From contig OZ024750.1 of the NCBI GenBank assembly GCA_964016885.1, positions 25,110,001-25,174,000 of the forward strand: DNA of 64,000 nucleotides, written 5' to 3'. Made by a program: the position numbers and the translations under genes. Positions 38,845 to 54,260 of the stretch are shown piece by piece (the stretch's first letter is position 1; each line of letters begins with the position of its first letter). The stretch comes from Eledone cirrhosa (taxonomy: Eukaryota). The notes under the pieces are model-generated. The model was not told the DNA's origin and did not search any database. It saw nothing but the letters and a program-made list of their open reading frames with translations.

Positions 38845-39965
38845 TTGATGGTCAGCTTCTTGCTGCCCTAATGTCTCTATACGAATGCCCGTGTGTTTGT
38901 GTTCGTATAAATGGTGTTAAATTGAAACCATTCAATGTGGGAGTTGGACTCCATCAAGGGTGTGTACTGTCACCTCACCGAGGTTAACTTTGCCTTTCAT
39001 CCTTACAGGGTCGATAAAATAAAGCACCAGTAATGTACTGGGGTCGATTTAATCGACTTTCCCCTCCTCCAAATTACTGGCCTTGTGCCTATACTAGAAA
39101 TCATTATTTACATGAAAACAGGATTGACATGTGCAGTCGGGTTGGAAGTGGTATCATGACTGGCGGGTGTAAAATCTGTCAGCTGGAATTTGCAGACAAC
39201 ATGGTGTTACTTAACTCGACAGAAGATGATCTTCGACTTGTACTTGATAGGTTTGATGCCGAGTGGTACATGGCTGGATTGAAAATCAGTGTTGCGAAAA
39301 CTGAGACACTCATCCTCTCAAGAAAGCCTGCGCAGTGCACACTACATTTGAATGGAGTTACACTGAAGCAGGTAGAGAGGTTCAAGTATATAGCGGCCGT
39401 GTTCACGAGAGATGGATGGCAGAGGCTGAATTAAGTGCAAGAATTGCAAAAGCTGGTGCTGTAATGCTTTAGCTTCAGTAATCAGAAAAAAGGCTTAATG
39501 TCAAATTCGCTATATTCAATTCGGTTTTCATACCGACCCTTATCTATAGTCATGAATGTTGGGTAATGACTGAAAGGATACAATCGCGAATACAAGTGGC
39601 CAAAATAGGATTCCTCCAAAGGGTCTTTGGAGTAACGTTACTCGATAAAGTGTGTAGCTCTGCGATCAGAGAATCACTCCAGGTAGAGCCTCTACTTCTC
39701 CGAATTGAGAGATCACTGCTCCAATACTAGGGGCATGCGGTTAGAATGTCTCAGGAAAGACAGATTTTATAGGTAAAACCAACCTGCAGGAGACCCAAGG
39801 GGTAGACCTTGAGCAAGATGGTTGGCTAACATGCATGAGTTTGGCTGGTCTCACTTGGGGATTCAGCCGGATCTACTGGAGATGGTTGCTTCTGACAAGA
39901 CCTGCTGGAAGGAGTGTTTAAGGATTCTGGCCCCACAATCCTCTCAGAATAAGGGGGCAAAGAAT
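38845..39965 (+). pseudogene. Degenerate RTE-type LINE RT/3' fragment interrupted by a SINE (38978-39105)
   Basis: VGVGLHQGCVLSP, LEFADNMVLL, GLKISVAKTE, QVERFKY, PTLIYSHECW and RRPKG, with stops and frameshifts. Confidence 0.8.
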
Positions 39966-41010
39966 AAAAAAAATTATTAACTCTAGTGATGATGAACTAT
40001 GATGTTGATGATGATGATAATGAACTATGATGTTGCAGAGTTTTCTCAGTCAAACCCTCTCTAATTGAAATCATTTACTGTATATAGTCTTTCAAAAACA
40101 ATATCTTTAGCTGTCTTTAAAATTTGATCTTTACTTCTTATATATTATTAAGTGAACCAATCCTGTTCTTCAATCAATCTAGTTCTGAACATATTTGATT
40201 ACAGTAGAAATCTTATATATCATTGTTTACTCAAAGACTAAAATTAGGCAGGTTTTTACAATAAGTTGTCAATAAATGGTCTTCAAGCTACCTACTAGTT
40301 ATTTACTATAGTTAAAGTATTTCAATTTTATCTTTGTAAGAATTTTATTTTAGTTTTATAAATTTTATAATCTATTTAACAGAGTTTAATTTTTTTTTTT
40401 TTTTCAAATCTTTTGTAAAAATAGTTTAAAATAGCAAAACCAATTGCTTCTAAAGATTTCCAATAGTGGGGATATTTCAAAAGAACTGTTGGTGGCAATT
40501 CTGCAGATTCCAGAAATTCTGCTGCTGAATTTGATTTGCAGGTGTAACTGCTGTTAATCATACAATTCTGAGCATTATATATGAATGTGGGAACTCCTTC
40601 TAAATCAAAACCTTACTGTTTATCTGTTTGCCATTTGTACTTATTGATTTTTCTATAGATAAAAAAACAAACATAAAGATGAACAATAGATGCTATTCTA
40701 TATAACAGTCTTGTTGTTTAGTGAGTGGTCTTTTATTTTTCAAAAATAGTTTTTAGGGGGGTGAAGTTTTATAAAAATATCTTAAACTGGTAAATTCTTT
40801 CATAATCATTGATTTTTGGGATAATTCTATTCATAAAAAATATATAGCATACATAAAATTTATATTTGTACATGCAAAAGCTTTTAAAGTTAAATCCAAA
40901 GCTGTCAAAACAGCAAGAGCTCAGCCATCAGGCCCCAACTCTTTCTAATAAAGTCACACTCTACTATCCCAAGTACTCTGTTGAATAATGGTCTTACTAG
41001 TTTAATACTG

Positions 41011-41044
<34 letters not shown>

Positions 41045-41048
<4 letters not shown>

Positions 41049-41357
41049 CACCCTTTCTCTATAAAGTTATGTTGGTATCACAACATCCAGTCCATACTAA
41101 TGAGGTTGTGTAGGTGTCACGACAAAAAGAAAAAAGGAGAAAACAATATAGTCCATGCTGTAATGTGGTCATGTAGGTAACATGGTAAAAACTCCCAGTC
41201 CACACTGTAACTGTAGTTGGTGTTAGGAAGGGCATCCAACCATAGAAAACCTGCCAGATAGTCCTATACGAGTGAGGCACGATCACCCCCACCAATCTTG
41301 CTTCAAATGGGACAATTCCCATCCAACCCATTCTAGCGTGGAAGATGGACGTTAAAC

Positions 41358-41430
<73 letters not shown>

Positions 41431-41720
41431 TATGTTGGTACCACAACATCCAGTCCAAACTAATGAGGTTGTGTAGGTGTCACGACAAAAAAAAAAAACA
41501 CAGTCCATGCTGTAATGTCGCCATGTAAGTAACACGGTAAAAACCTCCCAGTCCACACTGTAAACGTGGTTGGTGTTAGGAAGGGCGTCCAGCCGTAGAA
41601 AACCTGCCAGATAGTCCTATACGACCGAGACATGGTCACCTGGCCAATCTTGCCTCAAACAGGACAACTCCCGTCTAACCCATGCTAGCGTGGAAGATAG
41701 ACGTTAGATGATGATGATAT
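41045..41720 (+). mobile_element. Two RTE 3'-UTR-only insertions with (gat)n tails
   Basis: Homologous to 31470-31770. Confidence 0.8.
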
Positions 41721-42050
41721 ATATATGAGGTAAAAAGCAAGTAAACTAATCAGAAGAGATGGGTGATTAGTTATGCAGATTCTTAGCCAGTATAGAGTAG
41801 GTTAGTGTGCTCAATTGCATATAGGTTGTTAGACCAGCATGCCATGCAATTAGACAGAAAGAGAGATAGCTTGACAATCGTATAATCAGTAGAGCAAAAA
41901 ATCATATTTGAAATGCTACAGAGAGCAACAAGGATTTATGAATACATGTGCAATATTTGAAACAACTTGTCAGCCATTAAATATATATACATGTATTTAT
42001 AAATCTTTGTTGTTCTCTCCAGAATTTTAAATATTATATATATATATATA

Positions 42051-42992
<942 letters not shown>

Positions 42993-43173
42993 TTATTATT
43001 TTTATTTTTTTAATTATTTTTTATATTTTTATTATTTTCCCCTTTATATTACGTCTGTTATTTTATTTCAGCCTTGCTTTCAATTGTTCTAGACTTTGTT
43101 TTGAAATCCATATCTCACATCCGTTCGTGAAACCTTTGGTAAATGAAATAATTGTCTTATGTTGTTTATTACA

Positions 43174-43204
<31 letters not shown>

Positions 43205-43435
43205 TTTATGTCCATCTTCCACACTAAAATGTGGTTGGCATTAGGAAGGGCATCCAGCTGTAAAAACCAAGCCAAAATCAGTTCTGTATGAGCAAGACAT
43301 GGTCACCTGGCATTTCTCACAACAGGACAACTCATCTAACCCATTCTAGCATAGAAAAATGTATGTTAAACAGTGATGATGATAGTAGTGATATAGGTGA
43401 GTTTTATTGTATCACAATAAAGCAATGCAAACATG

Positions 43436-43597
43436 ATATGTTGATTTAAAACTTCACTATTCACAAGTGTTCTTTAAGCTTCATATCATGTCTCCCAATT
43501 TTATCTGATGAGAACGCAGATATCATGCCATGATGATATGATTTTGAAATGCGCATAATAAAATACTTGGAACTCTTTTAACCACCTTTCGATCTTA
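43436..43597 (+). mobile_element. Hammerhead-bearing element ending at (TA)n (family E, copy 1)
   Basis: Homologous to 56537-56700 (-). Confidence 0.7.
43498..43564 (+). ncRNA. Type I minimal hammerhead ribozyme motif
   Basis: attttat-CTGATGA-gaa...ttt-GAAA-tgcgca-TA-ataaaat, with palindromic stem III ATGCGCAT. Confidence 0.75.
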
Positions 43598-43616
43598 TAT
43601 ATATATATATATATAT

Positions 43617-44448
43617 AAATGAAAGGCAGGTTATACGATGCCTGCATACGAACAGCAATGCTGCATGGCAGTGAGACCTGGGCATTGTGTGCAGAGGATA
43701 TACGCAGACTAGAGAGGAACGAAGCTTGCATGCTCCGCTGGATGTGCAATAGTAATATACGTGAACGGCAAAGCATAAACGAACTAAGGAAAAAATTAGA
43801 AATAAGAGGGATCAGATGTTGTTTACTCGAGAGAAGGCTACGTTGGTACGGTCACGTGATGCGCATGAAAGACGACAGCTGTATAACAAAGTGCAGGGCA
43901 ATAAAGATAGACGGTAGCCACGGAGTAGGCAGACCCAGAAAAACCTGGGACGACATGATAAATTCCGACCTCACATGCTTACACCTCTCCAAGACAATGT
44001 CACTGGACCGAGACCTTTGATGGTACTCAGTAATAGAGAAGACCCGCCTTTCCTAAATTACGAAGTAAAAACCTACTACAGTCAGTAGGCATCTCTATCA
44101 AAACACACCCCCGTCCCACCACCTCCACCCTATCCACACCGCCCCTTTCAATGTAAAGTTATGTTGGTCCCACAACATCCAGGCCGAAACAAATGAGATC
44201 GTGTAGGTGTCACGACAAAAAAACACACAGTCCACGCTGTAATGTGGCCGTGTAGGCAACACGGTAAAAACCTCCCAGCCCCACACTGTAAATGTGGTTG
44301 GTGTTAGGAAGGGCATCCAGCTGTAGAAAACCCGCCAGACAGTCCTATGCGAGCAAGACAACCACTCTTGCCTCAAGTGGGAAAACCCCCGTCCAAACCC
44401 ATGCAAGCGTGGAACACGGACGCTAAACCCGATGATGATGATGATGAT
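43617..44448 (+). pseudogene. 5'-truncated RTE LINE (same subfamily as 29937)
   Basis: ORF 43619-44020 MKGRLYDACIRTAMLHGSETW...GRPRKTW, then 3' UTR and (gat)n tail. Confidence 0.9.
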
Positions 44449-44464
44449 ATATATATATATATAT

Positions 44465-44641
44465 ATGGAAAGTTATATTTAAAATTGTTGGGTTACAACT
44501 AGTAAATATTTATAACTGATATAAAAGAACTCGACAAATATTTGGAGTATATTTACAATATTTAATAAATGGCAGCTTAAGCCTCTTCAAATGGAAGTCG
44601 GTGTTATAACGGTATGTCGAATCTATTTATCTATAAAACTG

Positions 44642-44645
<4 letters not shown>
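44465..44645 (-). mobile_element. (TA)n-flanked relative of the 19114 element tail
   Basis: Reverse complement ccatttattaaatattgt...actccaaatatttgtcgagttcttttatatcagttataa...cccaacaatttt matches 19434-19541. Confidence 0.7.
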
Positions 44646-45623
<978 letters not shown>

Positions 45624-45675
45624 CTATTATTCAAAATATTAACAAATAAAGATATTCACATAATCAAACTATATG

Positions 45676-45735
45676 CTTTATTATATATATTTCGAAGGTA
45701 TGTTTTTTTTTCCAGTACGTCCTCGTCAGATAAAA
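45676..45735 (-). ncRNA. Type I minimal hammerhead ribozyme motif
   Basis: Minus strand ttttat-CTGACGA-gga...ttc-GAAA-tatata-TA-ataaag. Confidence 0.6.
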
Positions 45736-45949
45736 TATATGATTTGATATATGACATACCTCTACAGTCTTGATATTTCAATTGCAGTATTGGCAGTCAG
45801 TTTGACATGTCATTGTGATCCTGAAGAAAGACTTATGCCTGACATGTCAAACTTACTTTCCTCTTTCTATTATAAAGCGTGAAACTAATAAAACCTTTTG
45901 TACCTCTGTTGTCTCCTGGAACTATATATATATATATAGTAATAATAAT

Positions 45950-46013
<64 letters not shown>

Positions 46014-46139
46014 GACGCATTACGTCTTTCATATAATTGTTCTGCATCCTCCTGCATTGAATCACCTAGGTACTATGACATAACTTGTGTATTTGCTAGC
46101 ATTAGTGTACATCTGTACGCATATGTTGGTAAATATACT

Positions 46140-46244
<105 letters not shown>

Positions 46245-47079
46245 CACACACATCATCATCATCACTGTTAAACATCCATTTTCCCATGCTATATGAGAGG
46301 GATAATTTCATGAATTGTTTAAAGTTCACTTTAGTTTCAAAACCTTCCCCTTAATGCTGATCCAATTAACAAAGATTTCATTGTTTTCCACCATGGAAGA
46401 ATACTTAAGACATAGAGTTAGGTTCATGTTTCTATAGGATTTAGTAGGGATGTGTGTTGGTGAGTGAGTACATTTAAACTTGTCTCCTTATGTGGGAATA
46501 TGGTGATGAAATATGGCCTTGTTTTTATTGTTTGTCCTGCTGTGTATGTGAATACATGTGTCTATTATGTTTGTAGGCACACACACATACTCACACACAA
46601 AATCCCCCCCCCAGACACACACATACACATACACACACATTCACACACATATTCACACACATACACACATAGACACACATATACACACAAACAAACACAG
46701 ATGGTGGTAGTTTGGTAACAGCTGGTTTTTGAAGTGAAAAAGAGATCAAGGATATTTTAAGTGTGCGCCTGTGTGTGCCTCTGTGTGTGTGTGAGTGATA
46801 GTACTGTCTGTGTCTATTTGTGTGTGTGTGTGTCTATTGATCAAGGATATGTGTGAGTGATAGTTATCAAAGAGGAATCAGAATTATCAAGAGTGTTCCC
46901 TCTACAGCAACAACACCAATATGGTAGGAGTGTGAGAATCACTAAAAGTTGTGAATATTCCCTCTACAACAGAGCTTCTCGAGTCTTGAGCTGATCAATA
47001 GCGAAATGTGCATCACACCTCAATAAACATAATGAAGATCTAACAGTTCGTCCTTTTTATTATTATCAGTGTATATAGG

Positions 47080-47545
47080 ACAGTGGATTGGCAGTATCAG
47101 TAGGGCATCGGACAACATGCTTTGTAGCATAGAGTTACGGCCCTTTATGATCTGAGTTCAAATCTCGCCGAGGTTAACTATACCTTTCATCCTTAAGGGG
47201 TCGATAAAATACAGTACCAGTCACGCAATGGGGTCGATTTAATCCCCCCCCCCCCAAAAAAAAATGCTGTTCTTGTGCCTATATAAGAAACCATTATTAA
47301 AGGGCGGTGGGTTGGCAGTATCGGTAGAGGGTCGGACGCCATGCTTTGCAGCATAGAGTTACGGCCCTTTATGATTTTAGTTCAAATCCCGCCGAGGTTA
47401 ACTTTGCCTTTCATCCGCAAAAAAAAAAAATTTCTGGCCTTGTGCCTATATAAGAAACCATTCATCCCTACGGGGTCGATAAAATAAAGTACCAGTAATG
47501 CACTGGGTAATTGCTGGCCTTGTGCCAAAAGTAGAAACAATTATT
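47080..47545 (+). mobile_element. Two Meta-like SINE copies
   Basis: Family consensus. Confidence 0.8.
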
Positions 47546-47571
47546 ACTAGTGTGTGTATATATATATATAT

Positions 47572-47948
47572 AAACAAATGAGATCGTGTAGGTGTCACAA
47601 CAAAAAAACACACAGTCCACGCTGTAAATGTGGCCATGTAGGCAACACGGTAAAAACCTCCCAGCCCCACACTGTAAATGTGGTTGGTGTTAGGAAGGGC
47701 ATCCAGCTGTAGAAAACCCGCCAGACAGTCCACGCTGTAATGTGGCCGTGTAGGCAACACGGTAAAAACCTCCCAGCCCCACACTGTAAATGTGGTTGGT
47801 GTGAGGAAGGGCATCCAGCTGTAGAAAACCCGCCAGACAGTCCTATGCGAGCAAGACAACCGCTCTTGCCTCAAGTGGGAAAACCCCCGTCCAAACCCAT
47901 GCAAGCGTGGAACACGGACGCTAAACCTTGAGGATGATGATGATGATG
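47572..47948 (+). mobile_element. RTE 3' UTR fragment with ~110-bp internal tandem duplication
   Basis: acagtccacgctgtaa...acccgccagac occurs twice, followed by a (gat)n tail. Confidence 0.8.
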
Positions 47949-48750
47949 TATATATATATATATATATATGTGTGTCAATAGGAAATAAAAATTATTTCTT
48001 AGTTGAGATAGGGTAGTATATCTTGCCCAAGGTATCAATACATTGAATATGACAAAGCCAAAATTTATGGCGTCAAAGTATCTTAGTCTTTGAGTCATTA
48101 CTTCTCACCTCTCCAGCATCCTTTTCTCCTTTGATAATCAATTTAAATGACACTAGTAAGACTATGTTGGGCTCGTTATTCCTTGCTCCACTTGGTACAG
48201 AGAAAATTATAAAAAATTTCATTCAAACATTTTTAATCTTCCAAACTGCGTGTTTGTATTAGCCGTGTCCGTCTCAATGATAATTTATCCAAAACACTTG
48301 GACAGGTATCTCTCTCCCTCCTTCCTTCTCTAACTCCCTGGATACTTATAGCTCTGCTGAATAATGAAATTATATTGTGTCGTATCAGTTCTGTAGAACT
48401 TGATTTTCAGTAAATTATATTAGGAGTTTTATTTGAATAGTTTACTGTTTGCTAATGTTAGGAACTCTAATCAATAATTGTATAGACAGCTGGCTAGTTT
48501 TTATGAGTAGTGTTACTAGTTTTCTGGAAGACTGATCAGTTATTTAATAAACAAGAAATATTATAGTCACCAGAAACTTAACAAAATAACAAGATTCCTG
48601 CCAAAACCATTCAACTGGAAAGTCATAGTTTTTTTTCTTTCATTTAACTCATTTTTTTTTCTCTCTAACTCATATTTTTTTTTCTCTGAAATATCGCCTG
48701 GTATACTCTACCATTTCTGAAAACTTTGAGGATTGTCACTGCTATATTTG

Positions 48751-48798
<48 letters not shown>

Positions 48799-49361
48799 TG
48801 TGTGTGAGAGAGAGGTGAGTGTGTGTGAGATTGTGTGAGAGAGAGAGAGAGAGGTGTGTGTGAGAGAGAGGTGAGTGTGTGTGAGATTGTGTGAGAGAGA
48901 GAGAATGTGTGTATGAGAGAGAGGTGAGTGTATGTGTGTGTGATTGTGAGAGAGAGAGGTGTGAGAGAGACTGTGTGTGTGTGTGAGAGAGACACACAAA
49001 TGTGTGTATATGGTACATGCCTATAGCTGCGGTCATAATCAGAATTTTTCAATAGACAGTTAATGTCAATTCTCACTATCAATAGCATTTATTTGTGCAG
49101 ATGGACAGAATTATGCTTGATGGCTTCTCTACAGCAAATCAATTCTCCTGACATTGCTAGATATTTATTGTTATAGCAGGTTGCTAACTTATTTTTCTGT
49201 TAGGACTGAGCTGGAGTTAACTTTCTCATTACATTCTCTGGCTTCCTATAAATAATTAGTCTGGGTTATATACAATAAATTTTGATGTCAATCTCTTTTT
49301 AGTGTTCCTAAATATAATTTTCGGAATTACTCGAAGTAATTGTCATCAGTAATAAATTGTC

Positions 49362-49662
49362 GTCATCATCACCGTTTTACGTCCATGCTTCCACGCTAGC
49401 ATGGGTTAGACGGGTAGTCCTGTTGTGGGCAATGCCAGGTCAGGTGACCATATCTTGCTCATACAGAACTGATTTTGATTTGATTTCTACAGCTGGATAC
49501 CTTTCCTAACACCAACCTCATTTACAGTGAGTAGTGGGTGCTTTTTACTTTGGTGCCTACACAACCACTTTACAGAGTGGACTGGATGCTTTTTTGTCAT
49601 GACACCTACACGACCACTTAACAGTAGAAAGGGGTGGGGGCATACTCTCTATATGCTTCAGC
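49362..49662 (-). mobile_element. RTE 3' UTR fragment related to the intact LINE
   Basis: gctcatacagaactgat...gggcat...tatatgcttcagc matches positions 1-210. Confidence 0.75.
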
Positions 49663-49744
49663 TTTGGCTTGTCTAGATTAAAATATTGTTTTAGTTCCTC
49701 TTAGCAGAATTCAACATTTTATCTTCTGTTTCATATTTTCATAC

Positions 49745-50110
49745 ACAAAACTTTCCATAATACACCTGAAGAAACTTTCTATAATACACCTGAGGAAACT
49801 TTCTATAATACACATGAGGAAACTTTCTATAATACACCTGAGGAAACTTTCTATAAAATACCTGAGGAAACTTTCTATAAAATACCTGAGGAAGCTTTCT
49901 ATAAAATACCTGAGGAAGCTTTCTATAAAATAGCTGAGGAAGCTTTCTATAAAATAGCTGAGGAAGCTTTCTATAAAATAGCTGAGGAAGCTTTCTATAA
50001 TATACCTGAGGAAGCTTTCTATAATATACCTGAGGAAGCTTTCTATAATATATCTGAGGAAACTTTCTAGAATATACCTGAGGAAACTTTCTAGAATATA
50101 CCTGAGGAAA
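49745..50110. repeat. 24-bp minisatellite (cctgaggaaactttctataatata)
   Basis: About 15 units, giving an 8-residue periodic translation. Confidence 0.9.
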
Positions 50111-50186
50111 GAAGAAATCTATATTTATTTTAGAACAATGATTCCTTACCTTTTCACTACAAAAGGTTCTGTTCATGTAAATCAAT

Positions 50187-50445
50187 TCTTCCACAGACCT
50201 CAGCTCCAAGGGTTCTTCCACAGACTCTACTCCAAAGGTTCTTCCACAGACCTCTACTCCAAAGGTTCTTCCACAGACCTCTACTCCAAAGGTTCTTCCA
50301 CAGACCTCTACTCCAAGGGTTCTTCCACAGACCTCTACTCCAAGGGTTCTTTCACAGACCTCTGCTCCAAGGGTTCTTTCACAGACCTCTGCTCCAAGGG
50401 TTTTAATTTTAGTTTCCTGAGCCAAGGGTTCTTCCACAGACCCCA
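50187..50445. repeat. 24-bp minisatellite (ggttcttccacagacctctactccaa)
   Basis: About 9 units. Confidence 0.9.
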
Positions 50446-51390
50446 GGATTTTGAAAGATCTCTCTATTCAACAAGTTTTTGGGTCCCCAGTACAGTTTTG
50501 TGGACCACAAGTTGGGAAGTGTTCTCTTAAAGGAAAAGGTGCCATTATTCAATGACTGTTCAATGGAAGGTGGTGGGTTGATTTCAATAGTCTCTGATTG
50601 AGATTACCAGCTAGAAATATTCATTGAACAGTATGAAGATCCTACTAAAAAATAACAAAAATAAAAACTTCAGCATTCAGTCTCACCTATCACATATGAT
50701 TGATAATTAAATATATATATTTTGGGGTGGGGTGGGATTATTATTTTTTTTTTTTTTCAGCTTAAATTTTGGAAATCCATATTCTTCCAGCTGTCAGATG
50801 GTTTATTACTAAATTAATACACACCTGCTCTCTTACATTAATAATTCCACAAGGTAACAGGATTTCTACATTTCCTTTACAGCAGATACTGGTCTTCACA
50901 AATATAATGCTAGTCAATAGAAGCTGTTCATTTTAAGATCTAAAGGAGCAGGTGTATGAATAGTCAACCATTAATACAGTTGTATTTGTTTATGAACTTG
51001 TTGCATTAACTAACATGTATAGAAAGATTCTATGTGGAAATTTCTTTAAAAAGATATCTTAGTTTCTTTTAAAAAAATATATCTTAAGATGATTAAAACT
51101 GTTTATTATAAAATAAATCGGTTGAATATAAAAATATATTGCTAAATCCTTTCTTAACCCCCCCCCCCCAAAAAAAAAATTGCAAAATGAAATCCCAAAT
51201 AGATCATAGCCAGTTGATTTAAACTGGAAAGTTCTTTAACAAAGAAGTTGGAATTATTCATATTTAAATACTTTTTAAAGCATGCTCTTCTTTTTCACTG
51301 AATTGACGTAGTTTATAAAAGAATTACATTTATTGGAAGAAAAATGGAGCTATTTAATTTAGTTTTGTTTAAACTGTGTGTGTATGTATG

Positions 51391-51441
<51 letters not shown>

Positions 51442-51445
<4 letters not shown>

Positions 51446-52004
51446 GTCTCATGGTCGGGTCGTTGGCGACTAAACTGGCAACCCCACCAAGGTTTTTTGG
51501 TGAGGAGGGTGACTTTGGACATCCTGCAGGACTAAAAACAAAACCTGTCAAAGGGCAAAGGAGCTCTTAAGAGTCAATGGCCATCCAAAATCACCGGGAG
51601 AGATGACCCCTTAGCCTTTATCAAGGCAGAATTCTAGGAGAAGGAAAACTCTGATATAACACCTGCAACCCTGATGGTATCCAATGGTGTTGACTTGTAC
51701 TTCTTTTTGGTAAATATCATCTTGGTTAAGAGAGTGGGACTGGCTTTGTGCAGTGCCTTTGCTCACTATAAAAGCTTCACGGCACAGGCATTGCTTTATA
51801 TCTGGAGATCTCTCTGCACTTGTCGTCATATGGTACCATGGGCCCAGCACTATGTGTCAATAATTGTCACAAGTGTAGTGTTTGTACCAGAGTTTTCAAG
51901 TCGCTGGCTGGACTAAAAAGTCACATTCGTTCAGCGCATCGGTAGGGGTTCTCCTACATGGATATAAAGTAGTGGCCATATTTGAAAACGAGTTGGCAGC
52001 CACC
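51442..52004 (+). mobile_element. Candidate bipartite non-autonomous RTE derivative in (TA)n
   Basis: The 5' part resembles RTE 5' UTR motifs (aaacctgtcaaagggc, agtcaatggccatcca, ctaggagaaggaaaactctgat). The 3' part encodes C2H2 CSVCTRVFKSLAGLKSHIRSAH* (51874-51945). Confidence 0.55.
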
Positions 52005-52027
52005 ATATATATATATATATATATTAT

Positions 52028-52178
52028 AATTGTTTCTATATTTGGCACAAAGCCAGCAATTATCCCAGTGTATTACTGGTACTTTATTTTATCGTCCCCG
52101 TAAGGATGAAAGGCAATGTTAACCTCGGCGGGATTAATACCAGGACGAATGGTTACTCCTTCATTACGTTTATTGGAG

Positions 52179-52211
<33 letters not shown>

Positions 52212-52415
52212 TTCATTATATAAATGGGCGGTGGATTGGCAGTATCGGTAGAGGGTCGGATGCCATGCTTTCCAGCATAGTTACGTCCCTTTACAATCTG
52301 AGTTCAAATCCCGCCGAGGTTGACTTTGCCTTTCATCCTTACGGGGTCGATAAAATAAAGTACCAGTAATGCACTGGGTAATTGCTGGCCTTGTGCCTAA
52401 AGTAGAAACAATTAT
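52028..52415. mobile_element. Divergent pair of Meta-like SINEs (minus partial 52028-52133, plus full 52227-52415)
   Basis: Family consensus. Confidence 0.8.
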
Positions 52416-52922
52416 TCATTATATAAATATATATAATGTATATGTATAGGTTTGCATGTGGGTGTTTGTATGTGTAAAAATTTGTGTGTGTTTACACATG
52501 TGGATATTTGTGTGTGTGTTTACACATGTGGATATTTGTGTGTTCACATGTGGGTGTTTGCATGTGTACACATGTGGGGTTTTGTGTATGTACATGCAAA
52601 GGCGCATGCGTGCGTGTGTCTGTGTATATGTGTGGTTCTATAGTAGTGTATTTATGATGTTGAGTAGTATACGTGTGAGTCTTGAATGGAGAAACTTTGA
52701 GAGCCCTGACTTCTGTCAATCGATTGATCTGTCGAACAATCGATTGATCTGTTAAGATAGAAGTTGGAAACAAACACCACAGCTTGTTGCTATGGTTAAT
52801 TTGGTTAATTTCAAAGACTTCAAAATAAATTAAGAAATAGAAAACAAAAACGTAAAGAAAAAGATTCCAACTTTCTTAGAAAAATGTCAGAATGTCAATG
52901 AAAGTTCATTTTCAAACTGAAC

Positions 52923-52924
<2 letters not shown>

Positions 52925-52971
<47 letters not shown>

Positions 52972-53373
52972 CTGTGTGTGTGTGTGTGTGTGTGGCTGTG
53001 TGTATCTATGTGTGTGTGTGTGTGTGGCTGTGTGTATCTATATGTATGTGTGTGTATCTGTGTGTGTGGCTGTGTATGTGTGTGTTGCTGTGTGTGCGTG
53101 TGGCTGTGTGTATCTATATATATGTATGTGTGTGTATCTGTGTGTATGTATGTGTATGGCTGTGTGTGTGTGTGTGGCTGTGTGTATCTATATCTATGTG
53201 TGTATCTATGTGTGTGTGTGTGTGTGTCTGGCGGTGTGTATGTATGTGTGTGTGTGTAGCTGTGTGTATGTTTCTCTGGCTGTGTATAGGTTGGCTGGCT
53301 GACTGTCCTTGAAATCATATACCACTCTAAAGCAACCTTAGTTACCATGCAACACTTAGTGGTGGTGGTGATG

Positions 53374-53405
<32 letters not shown>

Positions 53406-53585
53406 GGTAGTGGTGGTGATAGTAATAGTGGTGGTAATAGTGGTTGTAGTGATGGTGGTGGTGGTGATAGTAGTAGTGGTGGTCATAGTGGTGGTGGTGA
53501 TGGTGGTGATAGTAGTAGTGGTGGTAATAGTGGTGGTGGTAATAGTGGTTGTAGTGATAGTAGTGGTGGTGGTAGTAGTAGTGGA
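52925..53585. repeat. (TG)n-rich and (GTG/GTA)n tracts
   Basis: Direct observation. Confidence 0.9.
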
Positions 53586-54006
53586 CTATAATTTTCGCAA
53601 GTTATTTCTATTATTATTAACTCGGAAGAAAGACAAGCTAGATAGATATAGAGGGATAGATAGAGACATAGATAGATTGATAAATAGAAATAGAGAGACA
53701 TAGACAGATAGACATTAAGAGAGAGGGGGAGAAATACAATAGTATGACATAACTGTATCTGCAAAGTCATTTGATATAACATTAGATCATCTAAAGTCTA
53801 AATTCTTCTACAATCTATTGATTATATCTGCTATTAAATTACATTTGATAAAGTAGCAGGTTCAAGTTCATTTCGTACATATATTCATTTGACATTCGGC
53901 TCAAATGTTTTTCTTTAGTTTTATAAGTTAATGAATTCACTTCATATTTCATTATATATTCCACTGGCTTTTATAGCTGATGTCACACAAATAATAATAA
54001 AAATAA

Positions 54007-54260
54007 TCGTTTCTGATTTAGGCACAAGGCCAGCAATTCTAAGGGAAGTGGAAAGTCGATTAAATTGACCCTGGTGCATTATTGGTACTTTATTTTATTG
54101 ACCCTGTAGGGATGAAAGGCAAAGATAACCTCAGTGGGATTTGAACTCAAAATGTAAAGGTGCCCCAGCATGGCCTCAGCCGGATGGCTGAAACAAGTAA
54201 AAGAGTATATGCCACAAAGCATATTTTCGAATGCTCTACCGAGACTGCCAATCCACCACC
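54007..54260 (-). mobile_element. Meta-like SINE with a short internal insertion
   Basis: Reverse complement of the family consensus. Confidence 0.7.

Noticed and set aside
45821-45855. CTGAAGA followed by gac...gtc-AAA
   Set aside because: It lacks GAAA and a convincing stem I/III, so it is at best a decayed motif.
49739-50530. 232-aa and 130-aa repetitive ORFs
   Set aside because: They arise from two 24-bp minisatellites with no domain similarity.
50761-50853. Exon-like segment (Tn-CAG ... AAG|GTAACA)
   Set aside because: Stops in all three frames and a weak donor. It could only be non-coding, and nothing supports it.
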